From Chrysemys picta bellii (taxonomy: Eukaryota): a stretch of DNA of 64,000 bases. The DNA lies in the NCBI RefSeq assembly GCF_011386835.1, contig NC_088792.1:97402001-97466000 (forward strand). Direction: 5' to 3'. Under the pieces are notes generated by a model that worked only from the letters and a program-made list of their open reading frames with translations, had not been told where the DNA came from and did no database searches. A program made the translations under genes and the position numbers. Of this stretch, positions 25,139-37,845 are shown one piece after another. Within the stretch, counting starts at the first letter, position 1; each line of letters starts with the position of its first letter.

Positions 25139-26559
25139 CCATTGAGTGCTTTACTGAGCACAGAAGGATGTGCACTTAAATAAGCATCTTTTAAAAAAGC
25201 CATTGATTAAACAATTTAAGAGGGATAAATGACCCATCCTCCTTTTTTCCCCCCTCATCCCCACCAAACACCTTGCTGTTAATGCCAGGGCTGGCTATCT
25301 GTCTAGGAAAAGAGATGTCTGAGTCTTTACTGTCAAGTCAATTCACGTCTAAATTTGAAAGGAAATGACGCAAAAAGATAAAGCTGATGTGAATAGCTAT
25401 CACAATTCTCATTTATTCTCAATATCTCTAATGACAAGCTTTAGGATTTCAATGCTTATAACTCCCCTCTCTTACCCAGTGACTGATGTTAGCAACCCTG
25501 TTCAGTGCTGATTTAGTTGCCAGGATCAGTATATGCACTTGGCACTATCCCAGGGCTTAGTAGTTGATTGGCTAATAAGCTATCTATTTAAAAAAAAATA
25601 AAGGGGTTAGTAGCCAACCAGATTTTATAAGCATTGGCTATCTAAGCAATGGAAACTTGTGGCTATGCTTGTCAAGAACATATATGTCTGCCCCTCCCCC
25701 CTTTTCTCTAACACAACTGCTAAGACCTTGAAGTAAACCACAGCGTTTTGGCAAAAAGATGCTCACAGTAGAACTAATCTCAGTTAGTAATCTTAGCTGG
25801 ATATGTAAGTAGAAAATCATTTTCATGTTTTATTTGTTAGAATGCCAGGGTACAGAAGGGTTCTTTTGTAAACTTTTGCCCAATACTCTTTGTCATTAGT
25901 TTTACAAAGATGTGCCTGGAATTGTAGCAGTGAAAAATACCTGCCAAGACTTCTGCTGATCTCAAGGATATGAGGACACCTGTGCTTTAGAAGAGTTCAA
26001 TACATTTACTCTAGTCCCTCCCCCCACCTCACTCCCACCCATTTATCTATATCCTCTCCTATTTTTCATTTTAGTCTCAGTGTTTTATAAAACATCAGCC
26101 TGAATATAGATTTTGAAGAACAGAATAGACGCACAGAGTAATGTGGGCACACTTCATTTTCATTGTATAGTTGTGTGCAATAGCTGGAGACGATTTCACA
26201 ATGAAAAGTGAAATATCTCTTTTTATGCCTGTGAGTATAGAATAACCACAATTCCTGAGAGGGTGAAGTATGATAGGATTATGTGTGGTCACACCCACAC
26301 AAACAAAAATCTGAATTCTTACTCCTATTTTCACTAGCATTTAGCTGATTTAACTCGTGTCAAGCTTCCATTCATTTTCATTGATTCTCTACTGCTTCCT
26401 TTTTAGATGATGGAGGTTTCTAGTAAGAGTAGCAAGAATATTATCCAAACTGAAAGAAGAGTATATTTAGTCTCATACCTCAATGTTGTAGACTCTTTAT
26501 CAACTGTTTTCTTATTAATTGTTATAGGCATTGAGGATTGCCCATGGATCTGTGTTCTG

Positions 26560-26790
26560 TTCCTGGCTCTTCCACACACTTCTTTTATAACCCAAGAGAA
26601 GTTGCTTGAATTCTCTTTGCCTCAGTTTCCACATGTGCACAATAGGGCAAATAATACTGCTTTAGGATTTAACCTCCATCTTTACAAGTGAGTATGTGTC
26701 AGCGAGCTGATGTCAAGCTGAATTAAATCATTAGTGTTTGTATAGCACTGTGAGCTCCATGGATGGAAAGTGTTATTTAACTGTAAAGTA
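26560..26790 (+). mobile_element. CORE-SINE (MIR-like) fragment
   Basis: gaattctctttgcctcagtttccacatgtgcacaatagggcaaataat resembles the CORE domain. Confidence 0.5.
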
Positions 26791-28282
26791 TTATTAATAG
26801 ATCTTGAATTTATAGAGGAAAATTATTTGTTCAGCAGGTTAAAGAACTGACTAGCAGTAATGACGCTACTGGAAGTCATTTTTTTCCATTATAAACCTAG
26901 ACTCTTGTACATATCTACTTAATTCAACACTTTAAAAAAAAATTCCCTTACTCTCCTTCCAACTAAATGTCCAGTTGATATGGAAAAAAGGCCCCAAACA
27001 TCTCTTAGAACATACCTGCCATGGCTCTAAGAAGGTGGAGTGCATCAATGCAACCAAAAAGACAAGAGAATAAAATTCTGCACCCTGCATTCTGCTAAAG
27101 AACTAGATACCACAAATCTTGTTAAATTAATTTTGTTATTAATATTGATCGTTATATGGACGTAAATCAAATTGGTGTTGTGTGAGCGTTCAGTAGTTAT
27201 TAACAGAGAGATTGGCAGCTGGACTATTGGCCAGTCTGTGGGCAATGGCACAATTATTTTTGGTCATGTGACTCTGAGCCAATTGGATTAGGAGTTGCAA
27301 TTTAAGGCTGTCGTGTTTAATAGGCATATATCAAACTCAGAATTCCTTTGCATCAGGGCTCAGGAAAGACAATAATGAGTTTACAAATAATTGGGACTCA
27401 CAGGATGAACAGAAACCACTATTCATTCCATATGTGTTCCACTCTGCTTTGAGAGGGGTGCTGAAAACCAGGTGCGGAGCCTGTTCATTAGCCTAGCAAT
27501 TTCTTTGCTTCCATAAGTCCATTTCTTAAACAGGTAGAAAATCACAGCTGCTTCAAGTGCTCACTTGCACTGAGATCTTCTATCCAATGTTTGAAATGGC
27601 GAGCACACAAGGGAAGAAAAGCACGACTCTTCCCAGGGAAAGAACTGATAACGGCTGCATTGACAAGAACGCCTAAGGCAAGGGCTTCTTGTACAGTTGG
27701 AAGCCATACAGCCGGCAGGAATGTCTGCTCTTAAAAGCATGCACACTTCTGTGCATGGCTTGCCTGCAAACAGAACATCTGAGTCAACAGGTTTTCAGGA
27801 CTGGAAATTCTGAGTGTTGTCTTAATTGTTTATACTGCCGCAGCAAACTTTTAAACAAAAATGCTTGGAGTTCCTGTGCATACTTTGCCTACCATATGCT
27901 GTACCAAACAAAACAGTGACATTCTTTTAAAACTGTCTTGGCAACAAGAAAAATTCTTTGGCTAGACAGCATCATAAAAACAGTTGCTATTAGCAAGTTC
28001 ATACCTTTTCAGATTGGTGATACAGCTATAGCAAGTTGTAGACGATCTTATGTATATGCATATACATATATTCTATTGTACTGAGTTCTGGTTCTACTCA
28101 TTTAGGAGAGAACGTTACAGCGGCTTTCTATAGGCGCATGATGAGGTTTTGAGCAACTAGTTAGTAAATTCTATACACTGAACATTTTATTCTTACCAAT
28201 TAAAGAGAGCAGAGTAGTTCAAAGTGAACACTGTCAAGGTTGCATTCTTTGGCAGGGAGCACTTAGGAACAGAATCTTTCCT

Positions 28283-28314
<32 letters not shown>

Positions 28315-28919
28315 CCAGCATGCAAAAGTTAGCATTACAAATTGGATCATCTACAAGTATTTGTCCTGGTTCTATTGAAGTTTATCTGACAGTCGCTGAA
28401 ACAATGTATTGCCTAGGATGCTGTGCTAATTAAACAACAAAAATGCCCTCTCGCTTGTCTTAAGTTAAATATTCTCCATGTGGTATAATATTTTTTTTAA
28501 ACAAGGAAGGTTTATTTTAAAAAATAGTATTTAGATCCCTTTCTTTCATCAGAAACTTTCTGAGAGGTTGCAGCTCTTTCCCTTTCACCATCAGACCCAG
28601 GATCCAGTACTTCAATGCAACTGCTCTGGTTTCACAAGCAGTTTGGAAGATTCCTTTGCAGCCTGACTTTCTGCTCAAGATTGGTTAGATAGCTTCCTTA
28701 CTGTTTGGCTGTGTGAGTTTAGCAAGTGTAAGCAAGTAAGCTGTATCCAAAACTTAATCAGGTAGAATCACATTCTTTTACAGTCCTTTTCTCTTTGCCC
28801 CCTCTCCCCCTTTCACCCTATAATCTTACAGGAAATATTATTGTTGGGGAGAAGAAACAAGTTAATTGCAGTTCTGGCATAGAAAGATATATTTTACAGT
28901 AATTTTTTCTAGCACTCAC

Positions 28920-29307
28920 CTGATTCTGCAAATGTGATGATTTCTGAAGTTTGCTCTACAAGTTCATTCATTTCTGCTCTTCTTCCAATGTCATCCTCTA
29001 TTTCCACATAGCCATCCTCTCCCACCTTTCCTACGTGGAGTTTTTTTATGGCGTTTAAAAGTGCTGCCTTGGGCACCGGCTGGGTGATGTTAGGTCTGTC
29101 CCTCAAGTGCAACATGTTCAGTATGTGCTTCTTTACTGCTTCCACCATCTCAGGCTGTGAGCTTGGCACATCCTTTGAGAGAGTGGCAAGGGCACACGAT
29201 GGGCAGTCAGTAACTGAACTGTGCCCCTCATTCCCTGGGGTTGGAGAACTCCTCGCTATAATCCAGCAAAGCACCAACAAAAATCCTCTCTTCAAAAGCA
29301 AAGGCAT
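28920..29307 (-). CDS. INHBA: Inhibin/activin beta-A precursor, first coding exon (signal peptide and N-terminal prodomain)
   Basis: ATG at 29307-29305 begins MPLLLKRGFLLVLCWIIARSSPTPG...CPSCAL...EMVEAVKKHILNMLHLRDRPNITQPVPKAALLNAIKKLHVGKVGEDGYVEIEDD...EIITFAESG, the recognisable INHBA prodomain. It ends in a phase-1 donor G|GTGAGT (exon end 28920). Length 388 bp. Confidence 0.97.
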
Positions 29308-29432
29308 CCTGGCAGCAAAAGTTGTTGTGATTCCCTTTTTAAAAGGCCCTGCTTTTCCTCTCTCTTCACACACAGGTTTTTTGTTGTTTGTTTGTATGTT
29401 TGTTTTTTCCCCTCGCCTCTTCAGCAAATTCT
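29308..29432 (-). other. INHBA: 5'UTR portion of the first coding exon of INHBA
   Basis: A pyrimidine tract and acceptor ttctattcttgttccAG|AGAATTTGCTGAAGAGG sit at 29433/29432. The segment has no upstream ATG and resembles the mammalian INHBA exon-2 5'UTR as I recall it. Confidence 0.75.
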
Positions 29433-29720
29433 CTGGAACAAGAATAGAAAGTTTTCTGTGAAGTTTTGTTTGCAGGTTCCCCCTCTGAATGCAGTAAGTG
29501 CTGTAGATGTTTGTGGCTGTCAGGGAGAAGAGTTCTGACTCTGTCTCAGAGTAGGAGAGAGACACACACAGAGAGAAAGAGGACGGATTGGCCTAAAGTG
29601 AGTGAGTGAATGAGAGAGGGAGGGAGTTTTGTCTGTGAGTAAGGGCTATGATTAGGAAAGGGGGAGGAACAGCCAAGCTGCCTTCCTTATGCTCATTGCT
29701 CCCTAACCCACACCTCTCTT
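29433..29720 (-). promoter_or_regulatory. Proximal (intron-1) INHBA promoter / extended-exon candidate
   Basis: A CT-rich tract and CCAAT (29591-29587) lie upstream of acagccacaaacatctacagcacttactgcattcagagggggaacctgcaaacaaaacttcacagaaaac, which I recall as closely matching the 5' end of mammalian INHBA transcripts that start just upstream of the coding exon. Confidence 0.5.
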
Positions 29721-30371
29721 CAAATATCACCACTCATGTTTTCTGCCCTCCCCCACCCCCCTTTGCTTTTTTTTTTAAATCTCTTTCACTTCTTTTGACT
29801 TTACTCTTTCTCTCTCTTAATTTTTCTGTTTGAGTTTCCTTGCTATAATTCCCCATCTTTTTCTATTTTTTCAACAACATTACAAGCTTAACGGAACAGG
29901 AGAAAACTGAATGAAAGAAAAGAGTACACCCTGTTGATAAGCACCTTGTTTTTGCTCCTGTACAATATTAGATGTTAAATAGTGTGTGTGTGTGTGGGGG
30001 GGGGGGAGTATGAAGACAAGGAATCTGAATGTTTGGAGCTTAACATTGTTCTGTCCTGAATGAAAAAAGAGAAAAGATGCTACTTTTCCATTTACTTTTT
30101 AATGGTCAAAGTTATCAACACTGGCAAGAAATCTGAAGGGAGCAAAATAAAACTTTTTTGTTGGGGGGATGGGGGTGTCGAGGGGAGCTATACAGTACAT
30201 TACACTTTTTCCAGCTGCACAGTGCAGCCAAGCATAGAAAGACACAAGCAGGAGACAGTACAGCACATATCTGTGTCATATGAAGATACTGCCTTCCTAT
30301 CCAAATATATGCCTCATTCTACCCTAGTGTTCGCCCAGAACTTCTCAAACAGATACATTTAAGTTTGGGGT

Positions 30372-30494
30372 TAGGGTGACCAGATTGCAAATGTAAAAAA
30401 ACGGGACAGGGGTGGGGGGTAATAGGTGCCTATATAAGAAAAAGCCCCAACTATCGGGACTGTCCCTATAAAATCGGGACATCTGGTCACCCTA
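30372..30494. mobile_element. hAT (Tip100-like) MITE in INHBA intron 1
   Basis: TIR tagggtgaccaga / tctggtcacccta with a perfect 8-bp TSD tttggggt (30364-30371, 30495-30502). Confidence 0.9.
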
Positions 30495-32206
30495 TTTGGG
30501 GTTAATCAAGTAATGACTGAAAAGTGCTTGATGGTGAAACATGCTATATGTAACCTGACCAAATCTTAAAGCCCTGATTCAGTTTTTACTCAATCCCTAA
30601 TCAGGCAAAACCCTCATTGATGCAAATACAAAATTTGTCTGAGTAAAGTCTTCTAGATTTGGCCCATTGTTTTTAGAAAGCACTTTTCTTTTGTTTCATT
30701 CATTTAAACCACATAGTATAATCATGACATCAGAAGAGGTGATTACATAGGATGAGTAAATCTAAAATACTAGTAAAAGCCAGATCCTTTGCTAGTAATC
30801 ATACGCCATTTAACATCAGCTGTAGATCTGGGCCCATATTAAAAAATCATTATCTTTGTCCGTTACAGCACCTCACGTTGTCCTGACATGCTTTATAATC
30901 TTCTACTCTACTCACCTTAGCAAGCTAAGAAGAAACACTTAAGTGAGAAAACTTCCTTATGTTTTGACGTTATAATGAAAAACTGGAAAACTGGATTTAT
31001 CACCTCAAACTTTCAAGATTCTTTCTAACTGCCTTTTAGAGAGATCTTTAAGATCACTTTTCTTCTTTTTTTCTTAGGTGCGTTCTTTCTTTTATTCTCA
31101 CGCGCATACACACACAATTTGTGTTTTTATATATGCTCATCTTTTATCTTACAACTAGTACAGTTCCGTATATTATCATCAAAAGTATTTGTAGTGGGAA
31201 GAAGTTATAAATGTAAGCGTTGTGAGATCTGCAATTCCCATAAAGCAATTACAGGCACGAGATCTGAGAGGAAGGGCAGGGAATAATATAGTGAAAATAA
31301 ATTAAATATACAGAAGTATTTGTGCAATCAACAAGACTTTTGCAAATGTTACATAGTGCAATTCTTTTTTCAATGGGGCTCTTTTATAAGAGTTTTTCTC
31401 TATTAAAAAGCATCTACAGTACTCCCTAATCTGAGCACTACTGACCTCAGTTACTATACTGTTATACTTAAGGGTCTGTCAGCATTTCCTTTATAAACCC
31501 TGCAGCCATTCTTATAAACACATCTTTGTAACATAACCCCTGCTATATATAAATATCTAGGGTCTCATGAACAGCCCAAAGTCTGTTGTAATTACAGTAA
31601 GTTTGAAAGTGAGTCTGAAATAGGACTAAAAGTTTAATTGACTGAAAATATAATTTGAGATGACAATATACATTTAGAGTTACAGGTACTGACAGGTAAA
31701 GTAGATAAGTATGTATATAAATATGAGGTATTAACATATCCATATAAATTCTTATGTAGCACCCATCACAGTAATATCTGACATATAAGTACAGTATGGA
31801 TGTACATTGCTATAGAGGTATAGGTATATATAATTAGTTTCTCATCCAGTGTGGTTGTTTAGCCACGTGTTATATATATGTACTATTATATATATGTTAT
31901 ATGTATGAACATATCTTGGTGTTTATTGATTTAAAGAACTCTACATTAACAAAGTTTTGAATCAAATATGTAGACTGGGTGTACATATATACATATATTC
32001 TGTACTGTGCACACTTAAATATGTTTAAGTTTTAAAGTCCATATTACTCCGATAACTACAGACAATATAATTCATATTAGTATCTAAAGTTAAATCAGCT
32101 GTAATTTTTTGTGCATACATTCACTAAATATATCCACGACAACATGCAGATAAAATGTCTAAATTTAAAAAAGAAAAGAAAAAAACTCAGACTTTAAAGT
32201 TTTTAC

Positions 32207-32305
32207 CTCTCTGTCTTCACTCTCTCTAGGAGACTGTGTATTATGTGTCAAGAACTGCTCAAATTCCTCTTTGTGGAACAACGTGAAGCTGTATACTGTA
32301 GTTCT
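32207..32305 (-). other. INHBA: Probable non-coding first exon of INHBA (5' end approximate)
   Basis: The minus strand reads ctacagtatacagcttcacg...aagaggaatttgagcagttcttgacacataatacac...gagagtgaagacagagag|GTAAAA, with a donor at 32206. It is similar to the recalled human exon 1 (AGTACAGTATAAAACTTCAC...GAAGAGGAGCTCAGACAGCTCTTACCACATGATAC...GACCAGAAAG). The implied intron 1 is 2774 bp. Confidence 0.7.
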
Positions 32306-32600
32306 CATGTGTATACTCACTCACACATATTTAAATGGATTGGAATACTGTGAACTATTAAATCAAAATTAGGTGGGTTGGAATATTGTTTTTGATTGGT
32401 TTATCCAAGTGACATCATCAATTGACTGACTGTTTTCCTGTGTGAGACATACTTCTTGGTAATTAGCTGATGTCTAGTATGAGTGTCATGGATTCAAGTG
32501 TCATGGATTCAAGTATTGGTATTAAACCCTCTTCCAATTTAAAGTATACAGCTTAAAAAGATCAGACGGAAAGTAAACATGCTGAGTCAAAGAGGCTAAT
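32306..32600 (-). promoter_or_regulatory. Distal INHBA promoter candidate
   Basis: Relative to the putative exon 1: TATA-like TTTAAATA (32335-32328), CCAAT boxes (32343-32339, 32399-32395), variant CRE TGATGTCA (32417-32410) and AP-1 TGAGTCA (32583-32589). Confidence 0.65.
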
Positions 32601-35600
32601 TTCAACTTTTTATTAGATAAATATATACAGATAAGCGTTTGTTAGTTCAATCACAGGATCTGTCAGCCATTTAATTACTAATTAGATAATTGTCTTAGTC
32701 TGCTTTGATGGTAAGAAAACATTGAAGATTCTACTTGCAAGTTCTGGTTTTAAGAAAAGTCAGGAAAATGAATGATTTTATTCAGAATCAGTTTGTGGTG
32801 GGTATAATTCTTTACTAGCTAAGTTTTACTTCTTTATTAATTTAGGGATGGCTTCTAAAGCTGTTTATAACTTTGTTTGTTTGTTTGTTTGTTTGTTTTG
32901 ATCATGTTGCTCACATCCGATTCTTCTTGTTTCTCTGCATGCAGATTGCATCACATATTTAAAAAATAGGACATCTAAAAAATTTTATAATTAACAACAC
33001 ATACTGTCTGTCTTGTAAATAATGTTTGACTTGGCACATGTAAAAAAAATGGCCAGAATTTGATCTCACATTAGTGAAAATCAAGAGTAACTGCATTGAG
33101 GTCGATTGAGTAACACCAAAGTAAAATCGGTGCAAGGGTCAAAAGTGGGCCCAAAATCTTTCTTTTTTTGTACTCACACATTGTTGCTGGTTCTTTTGTC
33201 ATTCAGATTATGATCCTGGGGCCGGATTCTGCAGTTCTTACTCATCAAAACACCCATTGACTCCCCATCCTTCAGAATATATTTTCTAATTGTATTTATA
33301 TATTTTCGTTTGTAACATGGGTATGAACATTTTTTGGAATATGACTAAGTTGATCAGGAAAACAAGTAGAAATATTAAACTTGCATTGGTACAAGGGAAT
33401 GCTCATGCAGCATAGACTCCCGTCTGAATGGAGAATGGTCGAAGAATGAGCCATGTTCACATGGTAAGTTTGGTAAAATGAGCAAAATTAGGACTTAATG
33501 GGAACCATATGACCAAATAGGTTGTGTTGTTTGCAGGAATATGCTTAAAATAAGCCGTTCAGAGTGCCACAAGCTGCTGAGTGTAGGCTCTTGTCTCTTG
33601 AAACCGGTTTCAGTAGGCATTCAGAATCATAGTTGTTAGGGAGAGCATTTTCCTCTTTAGAGATAGTGAGAGAGATACTTGAAGGAGCATATAATTTCAT
33701 TACAGATGAGCACACACATATTTACTCTCAGGACAAGATCTTAAACTCTGGAACACTAAAATAAAGCCAGGGAAAAGAACTTTTTGAGCATGGAATTCTG
33801 TTTTCTTAGAACTGATTTGGTTTTAACTAGCACCTCTCACACCCTAAAGTATCCACACAAACTTCAAGGGGACTGAGATTTGGTTCTAAAAGCTCTAAAA
33901 AACAAACAAACAAAAGTTCTTTGTAATAACAAGTCTGATATCAGTAGTGCAGTGAATGTCTGTGAACGAGGCAGCTATCATGCACTCAGTAAGAGCTCAC
34001 ACAGCATTGACTTTATGGATAGAGAAAAAGTTGGCCAGGAGCATAGTCGGTTTACCTGTACCAATGCAGCGACTTTCCTCCGAACTACTGCACTATAGTG
34101 AACAGCCACACAAGGTAAGATGCTATGTTGCTGAGGTATACAATGAGCAAGACTGCTACCAAGTAAATCATGCTAACATCCATATGATATATGACAAGGA
34201 TTTCTAGAGAGAGATTAAGGGCCACATTATTCGTTTCAGTGCATGTTCTTCGTTTCCTTAGGGAATTGGTATACAGCTTTACCAAAAGCTTTATGAATGC
34301 TCTATTTGATCACTACTTTTTTGCATGCTTATTCCTTTCTCTGTTTTTTTTCTCCACTCCATCCTGCTCTGTTCATTTCATTGTTGTCTTTTACTGTACC
34401 TACAGCAACACCTGCTGGTAGTGTTCCAGGAGCACTGCTGGAAAAACCCGCTGATCTGACCCTTCACACTGGCTGCCATTAAGCAGTGTCAAGTCATATT
34501 AATGAGCTGCTTCTATTTTTACCCCTTCCCCCCAGGAAGGGAAACTGCTCCTCAGAGCGACTCTTGATTTTTTTTTTTTTCTTATTTTTTTTCTTTTCCT
34601 TTTGTTTTGTCAGATCAAGAATCCAGAAAATGATTGTTCATTTAGTGCAGTTGGGATTTCTTACTCGGGCTCTGGTGTCAGCGGTTGAAACCACATACAA
34701 TCTGAATGAGGCTGGACCTACAAGTTGACTTACAGGCATGTTCCATTTTCGTGGTGAATCAAAATGAGCGAGAGAGAGAGAAATGTTAATATACCAATAA
34801 CCCGCCTTTCCTAATTGTCTATTTTAATCCTACCAGCCACTAGCAAAATGGCCCACTGCCATTTTGTTATTCACCTAGTGGAGGTTGCATGATTTAGTGG
34901 CTATTTTAGAACCCTGAATTGCACACAAGAGTATTTGCATGTCTCCACTCTTGCTTTGAAGAGCAGTCACTAGAAAACACATTGGCACAGATTGCTATGC
35001 GAATCAGCTGGAATGTCACTCTGTTGTACCTTATTTTACTGTAATTGTGAAAAAAGATGTGCCAGAAACTTATATTTAGACATTTTATGTTTCCACTTTT
35101 ATGTAAATTGACCAATTAGGGCCAGTTTTGCTGCTGCTAATTCTAAGGCTTATGTGCTGCTTTAGAGGGGCCAGTATTTTCAATCATAATTAGTGAGCTG
35201 GTCAAAAAATAAAGTTCATCTCAGGATAAAGGCTCAAGTTCAGAGGGTGAAGTAAAAAATAGCTTTCATGTTCTCCCCTTTGTTTCATAATGGTTGTTGA
35301 CATACATCTCAGGGACCAAGTTAACTATGTGCTATTTGATCAGGGTCTGTCCTTGTATGAAGTCAGTAGAACAAGAAAAGCAAGTATGTTCATTTTGTAT
35401 CTTGAACTATATCTTACGCTTTCCACTCATGCTATTAATTGATCTTTTTCCTTACAGCTCATTGAACAATGAGCTATGCCTTTAAAAAGAATATTTTTAT
35501 GTTTACGTTCATGGAGCACGTACGTTGCTGTTTTCCTCTCTAAACTAAAAGCCAGAAGATACAAATGCATAAAGCAGGTGACACAGAAAATGTTATCAGA

Positions 35601-37598
35601 TTGAAATGAAATGACACAAATGTGGTGTACAGTCAGTGTCTGTTTAAAACATCTCAAGGGGTGGGAAAAAAATCTATTTACAAAAGGAAATTATTTGTGA
35701 TTTATGAAGTGTATAGTTTAATCACGACTGTGTAGCGTAATCGAGGTGTTTGCATTAGCTAACATGCCATCTAGGTCTTATAGCAGCAGATCTCCAGTAC
35801 AGTGCTAGGCTAGCTATTTTCTTTGAGAAACAGCTCTGTTATGTGGAGAATGTTGAGAGTGATATTTGCTTCAAATATATTTTGAGAGACCATGATTAAG
35901 GATCACATCAAATGGCTTAAATTAAACATGGAGACTGGCAAACTTTGCCAGTTTCCTGGAGAGAGTCTGAGCCTGTAGATCCTATTTGGTTGCAAGTTCC
36001 ATGAAAAGTTTATGGCTAGAGACTGAGCAGCATTTAACATTTAAAGGTGTTTTAAAGGTTATTAATTAACATATCATTTAAGACTCAAGGCCTATTCCAG
36101 GAAACATGCATTGGTCTGAGGTGCCAGAATCATTCCTTGTGTAATTCCAATGAAATCAATGGAGTACCATCAGGGATAAATTTGGCCCAAGGGCAAATTT
36201 TAAAACAAAATATTTGGTAATCAGTTCCTTCCTTTCTTGCCTGATAGATCCAGGGATCCATGTTCTGAGTTCCTCTAACTGCAATTAATGGCATCATAGT
36301 ATCTATAGCAGTGTCAATTCCACCACTTGTTCTGTTTTAGCTTTTAGAACCAAATCTCAGTCCCGTTGAAGTCAATGACTCGTGTGGGACCAGACTTCAA
36401 CTGGACCCAGATTTAACCTGTAGGGATGAGGCCAGACATTACAGGATAAAAAGAGCACCCAGAACTCAGGTGTTAGGTAAAGGGCTTTGTGGTTCACCTT
36501 TAACTGATGCCTCTTCCAGTATAATAATGCTTCGTGATTTTAGAAAGTCCAACGAGTGTTTGTCTGCTCACAAATGAAGGGCCAGATCCATAGCTGATGT
36601 AGATGTGAGGATAGCTCCATTGACTTCATATGCCAATTTACATCAGATAAGAAGCTGACCTGAATCTTTCTTTTATTTCTAAAGCATTACTGCCTATTAT
36701 TAACAATCTGATATTTTTAAAAAAACTAGGTCCCAGTTTTCATCTGATTTTAAACATGGTCTAAATTCATCCCTGGTTTAACTCCACTGATGGCTGGAGT
36801 GAATTTTGCCTACGTTTTGGACACTACTAAATCTCTTGACATGTCAGAGGGATAGGAATGGAGCTCATAAGCGCTGTCACTTTCACAGACCTTCAACTGA
36901 ATTCAGCCCAGCAGGCCCTTCCATGGGGTCCCGGTGGTGGAAACTATGTGCAAAATTACACCTGCCAAATGGGAGGCCTACTAGAGGCCCATTCAAAATC
37001 AGGCCTTTAAAGTTCCTTTTAATGGTTAGGGAAACAGGTCTGCAAACCATAGCCAATTGCTTAGTATATCGGTTCCTCTTCAATAACTTTTGCGCTCCAA
37101 CTATGAACTTAGAAACAGCTATTTTCTTTATTCATTGTCTGCTTATTGGTATCATGCCCTCATGATGACTCCTGAGGGTGGCCCGCTAAAAGGGGTGACA
37201 TAAGGTAGCTCAGAATAAAGTTTTTGTGTGCAAGCTGGGCTCATCAGTGTTTGCATGCACACATCTTTTAATTGCTCCTTTGAAATTGCCCATACAGGGA
37301 CAGTAACCAAGAATCTAGAAGTACAGTATCTCTTGCATGCGATAAAATCAACGAAGTACTGTACCGAGAGGTTTCTTATCAAGCAGATTTTTCTTGGTTA
37401 GTTCTAACATTTTGTTTTTTCTTAAACTGAATTTAGCTCCTCTGCTCAGTGCCAAATTGGCAGCTTTGAATACTATTATTCTCTGCTTATTCACAGGAGA
37501 GGTATAGCATAGGCAGAAGCAATACGAGCTTGCACACCCTTTTTCTTGTGTGATGAAGAGGTTAGTTCATTCTCTCTGCCTGTTCAGTTCTTGGGACT

Positions 37599-37599
<1 letters not shown>

Positions 37600-37633
<34 letters not shown>
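37600..37633. repeat. A34 homopolymer
   Basis: Read directly from the sequence. Confidence 0.95.
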
Positions 37634-37636
<3 letters not shown>

Positions 37637-37845
37637 GCCAGTTGTGGTTTCATGATTTGGACACCTGTTCATTGAGAGCAGAACTGAGACGACTGACTCA
37701 TTTCACATAAGCCACCAAATAGCCATCCTGGAAATGATATTTAACGACCACTGATGTGGGTTGGATTTGAACTGGTGCTATAGCAGTGGAAAGTGCCATA
37801 GCCAAATATTTTATGGCTAATCCCCTGAGCCATCCAGTCATTCCT
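37634..37845 (-). mobile_element. LF-SINE 5' fragment
   Basis: The minus strand reads gactggatggctcagggga...ccagttcaaatccaacc...ggtggcttatgtgaaatgagtcagtcgtctcag...acaggtgtccaaatc, matching the recalled LF-SINE consensus. Confidence 0.7.

Noticed and set aside
28909-29565. 218-aa ORF as a complete protein
   Set aside because: It starts at a GTG 86 codons upstream of the true ATG (29307) and runs past the splice donor at 28919. Only 28920-29307 is supported as coding.
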